Source: Tubulanus polymorphus
Taxonomy: Eukaryota; Animalia; Nemertea
Length of the DNA: 64,000 nt
Direction: 5' to 3'
Assembly: GCF_964204645.1 (NCBI RefSeq)
Contig: NC_134030.1
Coordinates: forward strand, 10,933,947-10,997,946
Of this stretch, positions 63,200-64,000 are shown piece by piece; the stretch's first letter is position 1, and each line of letters starts with the position of its first letter. The position numbers and the translations under genes are program-made. The notes under the pieces are model-generated. The model had not been told where the DNA came from. It saw only the letters and a program-made list of their open reading frames with translations, and ran no database searches.

Positions 63200-63980
63200 A
63201 TTTGATTGCTTGCTTCTAAAACTCCTGAATTGTTTCATTGAAGTTTTCAGGGGAAATTTAGGAGAGGCTTTGACCAATTTCCTTGATGTTTCATATGTAT
63301 TTGTGTTATCTTGAGAAAAATTTGGTTGATTGGATGCACGATGGCCATCCTGTAACCTTTTTTGTGCCCAAAAAGGTTATTTTTTTCCTGAATTCAGAGA
63401 CTTGCAGCTTACTAATGCTTTGCCATTTTCTATTGAAATTCGTGATGGGTGTATCATGAGAAATGATCTTCAACATATCAGGCAGGTTTTTGATCAGTCA
63501 AACTTTTATGCAATTGGTGGCCATCTTGGTTTCATCAGTCTGCATGCGTTGATGCATAAGGTTCTTTTCGGGGAACCCGTCTACTGATTTCAACTTTGAG
63601 TCTTTATATGGGATAATTGTCAGCATTGTCATAGGACACATCTCTTAACATGGTTTTGGGATTACCTAGTCTTTTTTTCTCCCCGTCGGGGGGAGAATAT
63701 TGAATTATATACAATTATATCAGTACCTACGCACAATTTTTTACCACAATCCATTGCAAAATTGTTGCTCATTAAGTGGTCTATTGTTATACTAAGTTTC
63801 AAAATCATTAGTTTCTGTAATTTTCCGTATGTATCGGTAGCTATGCGTACTTTGTATCCACAATCAGTTGCAGCAATGATTGTGGTGAGTTTCAAGTTTA
63901 TTGATTACTGTATTTGCACGCCAGGAGATATTGAATACTGAATTGTCAGATTGTCAAGCATTTCACCTTGGACCCTTAGT
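63200..63980 (+). mobile_element. Second, more decayed HINE-like element related to 61454-62744
   Basis: 63330-63530 resembles 61845-62040 (gatggcc.tcct.t.accttt..gtgcccaaaaa; gcaattgg..gccatcttgg). About two copies of the 155-bp unit and the same 3' end ggaccc(c/t)tagtt. Confidence 0.75.
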
Positions 63981-64000
63981 TTGTTTTCGCCGCAAGAGGG

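Overview
AT-rich, intron-rich invertebrate animal genomic DNA; the species cannot be determined from the sequence. Three recognisable plus-strand genes lie in tandem. (1) A PEA3-subfamily ETS transcription factor (ETV1/4/5 orthologue) spans about 4.1-37.4 kb. I can reconstruct it as ten phase-compatible coding exons, from the acidic activation helix (ELFNDLSQLQETWLLE) to the ETS domain. Its first coding exon was not found, and there are two candidate internal first exons. (2) The cystine-knot exon of a sclerostin/SOSTDC1-family gene (53582-54159); its signal-peptide exon was not identified. (3) The first four coding exons of GPS2 (60222-63143), which continues beyond the window. Between ETV and SOST lies what looks like a heavily decayed minus-strand pair of leucine-rich-repeat genes. 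Mobile DNA includes a degenerate Penelope-like RT/GIY-YIG fragment, an RTE LINE 3' end, piggyBac-, PIF/Harbinger- and other MITEs, two Helentron-type non-autonomous elements with internal tandem repeats, long foldback palindromes and three (TA)n tracts. Most worth follow-up: PEA3-sclerostin linkage echoing vertebrate ETV4-SOST and ETV1-SOSTDC1; a sclerostin lacking the LRP5/6-binding NxI motif but carrying a long basic RG tail; clustered Capicua octamers over the 5' half of the PEA3 gene; and inverted pairs of fossil minimal hammerhead ribozymes. All exon models and counts were made by eye. I found no clearly novel multi-gene system.
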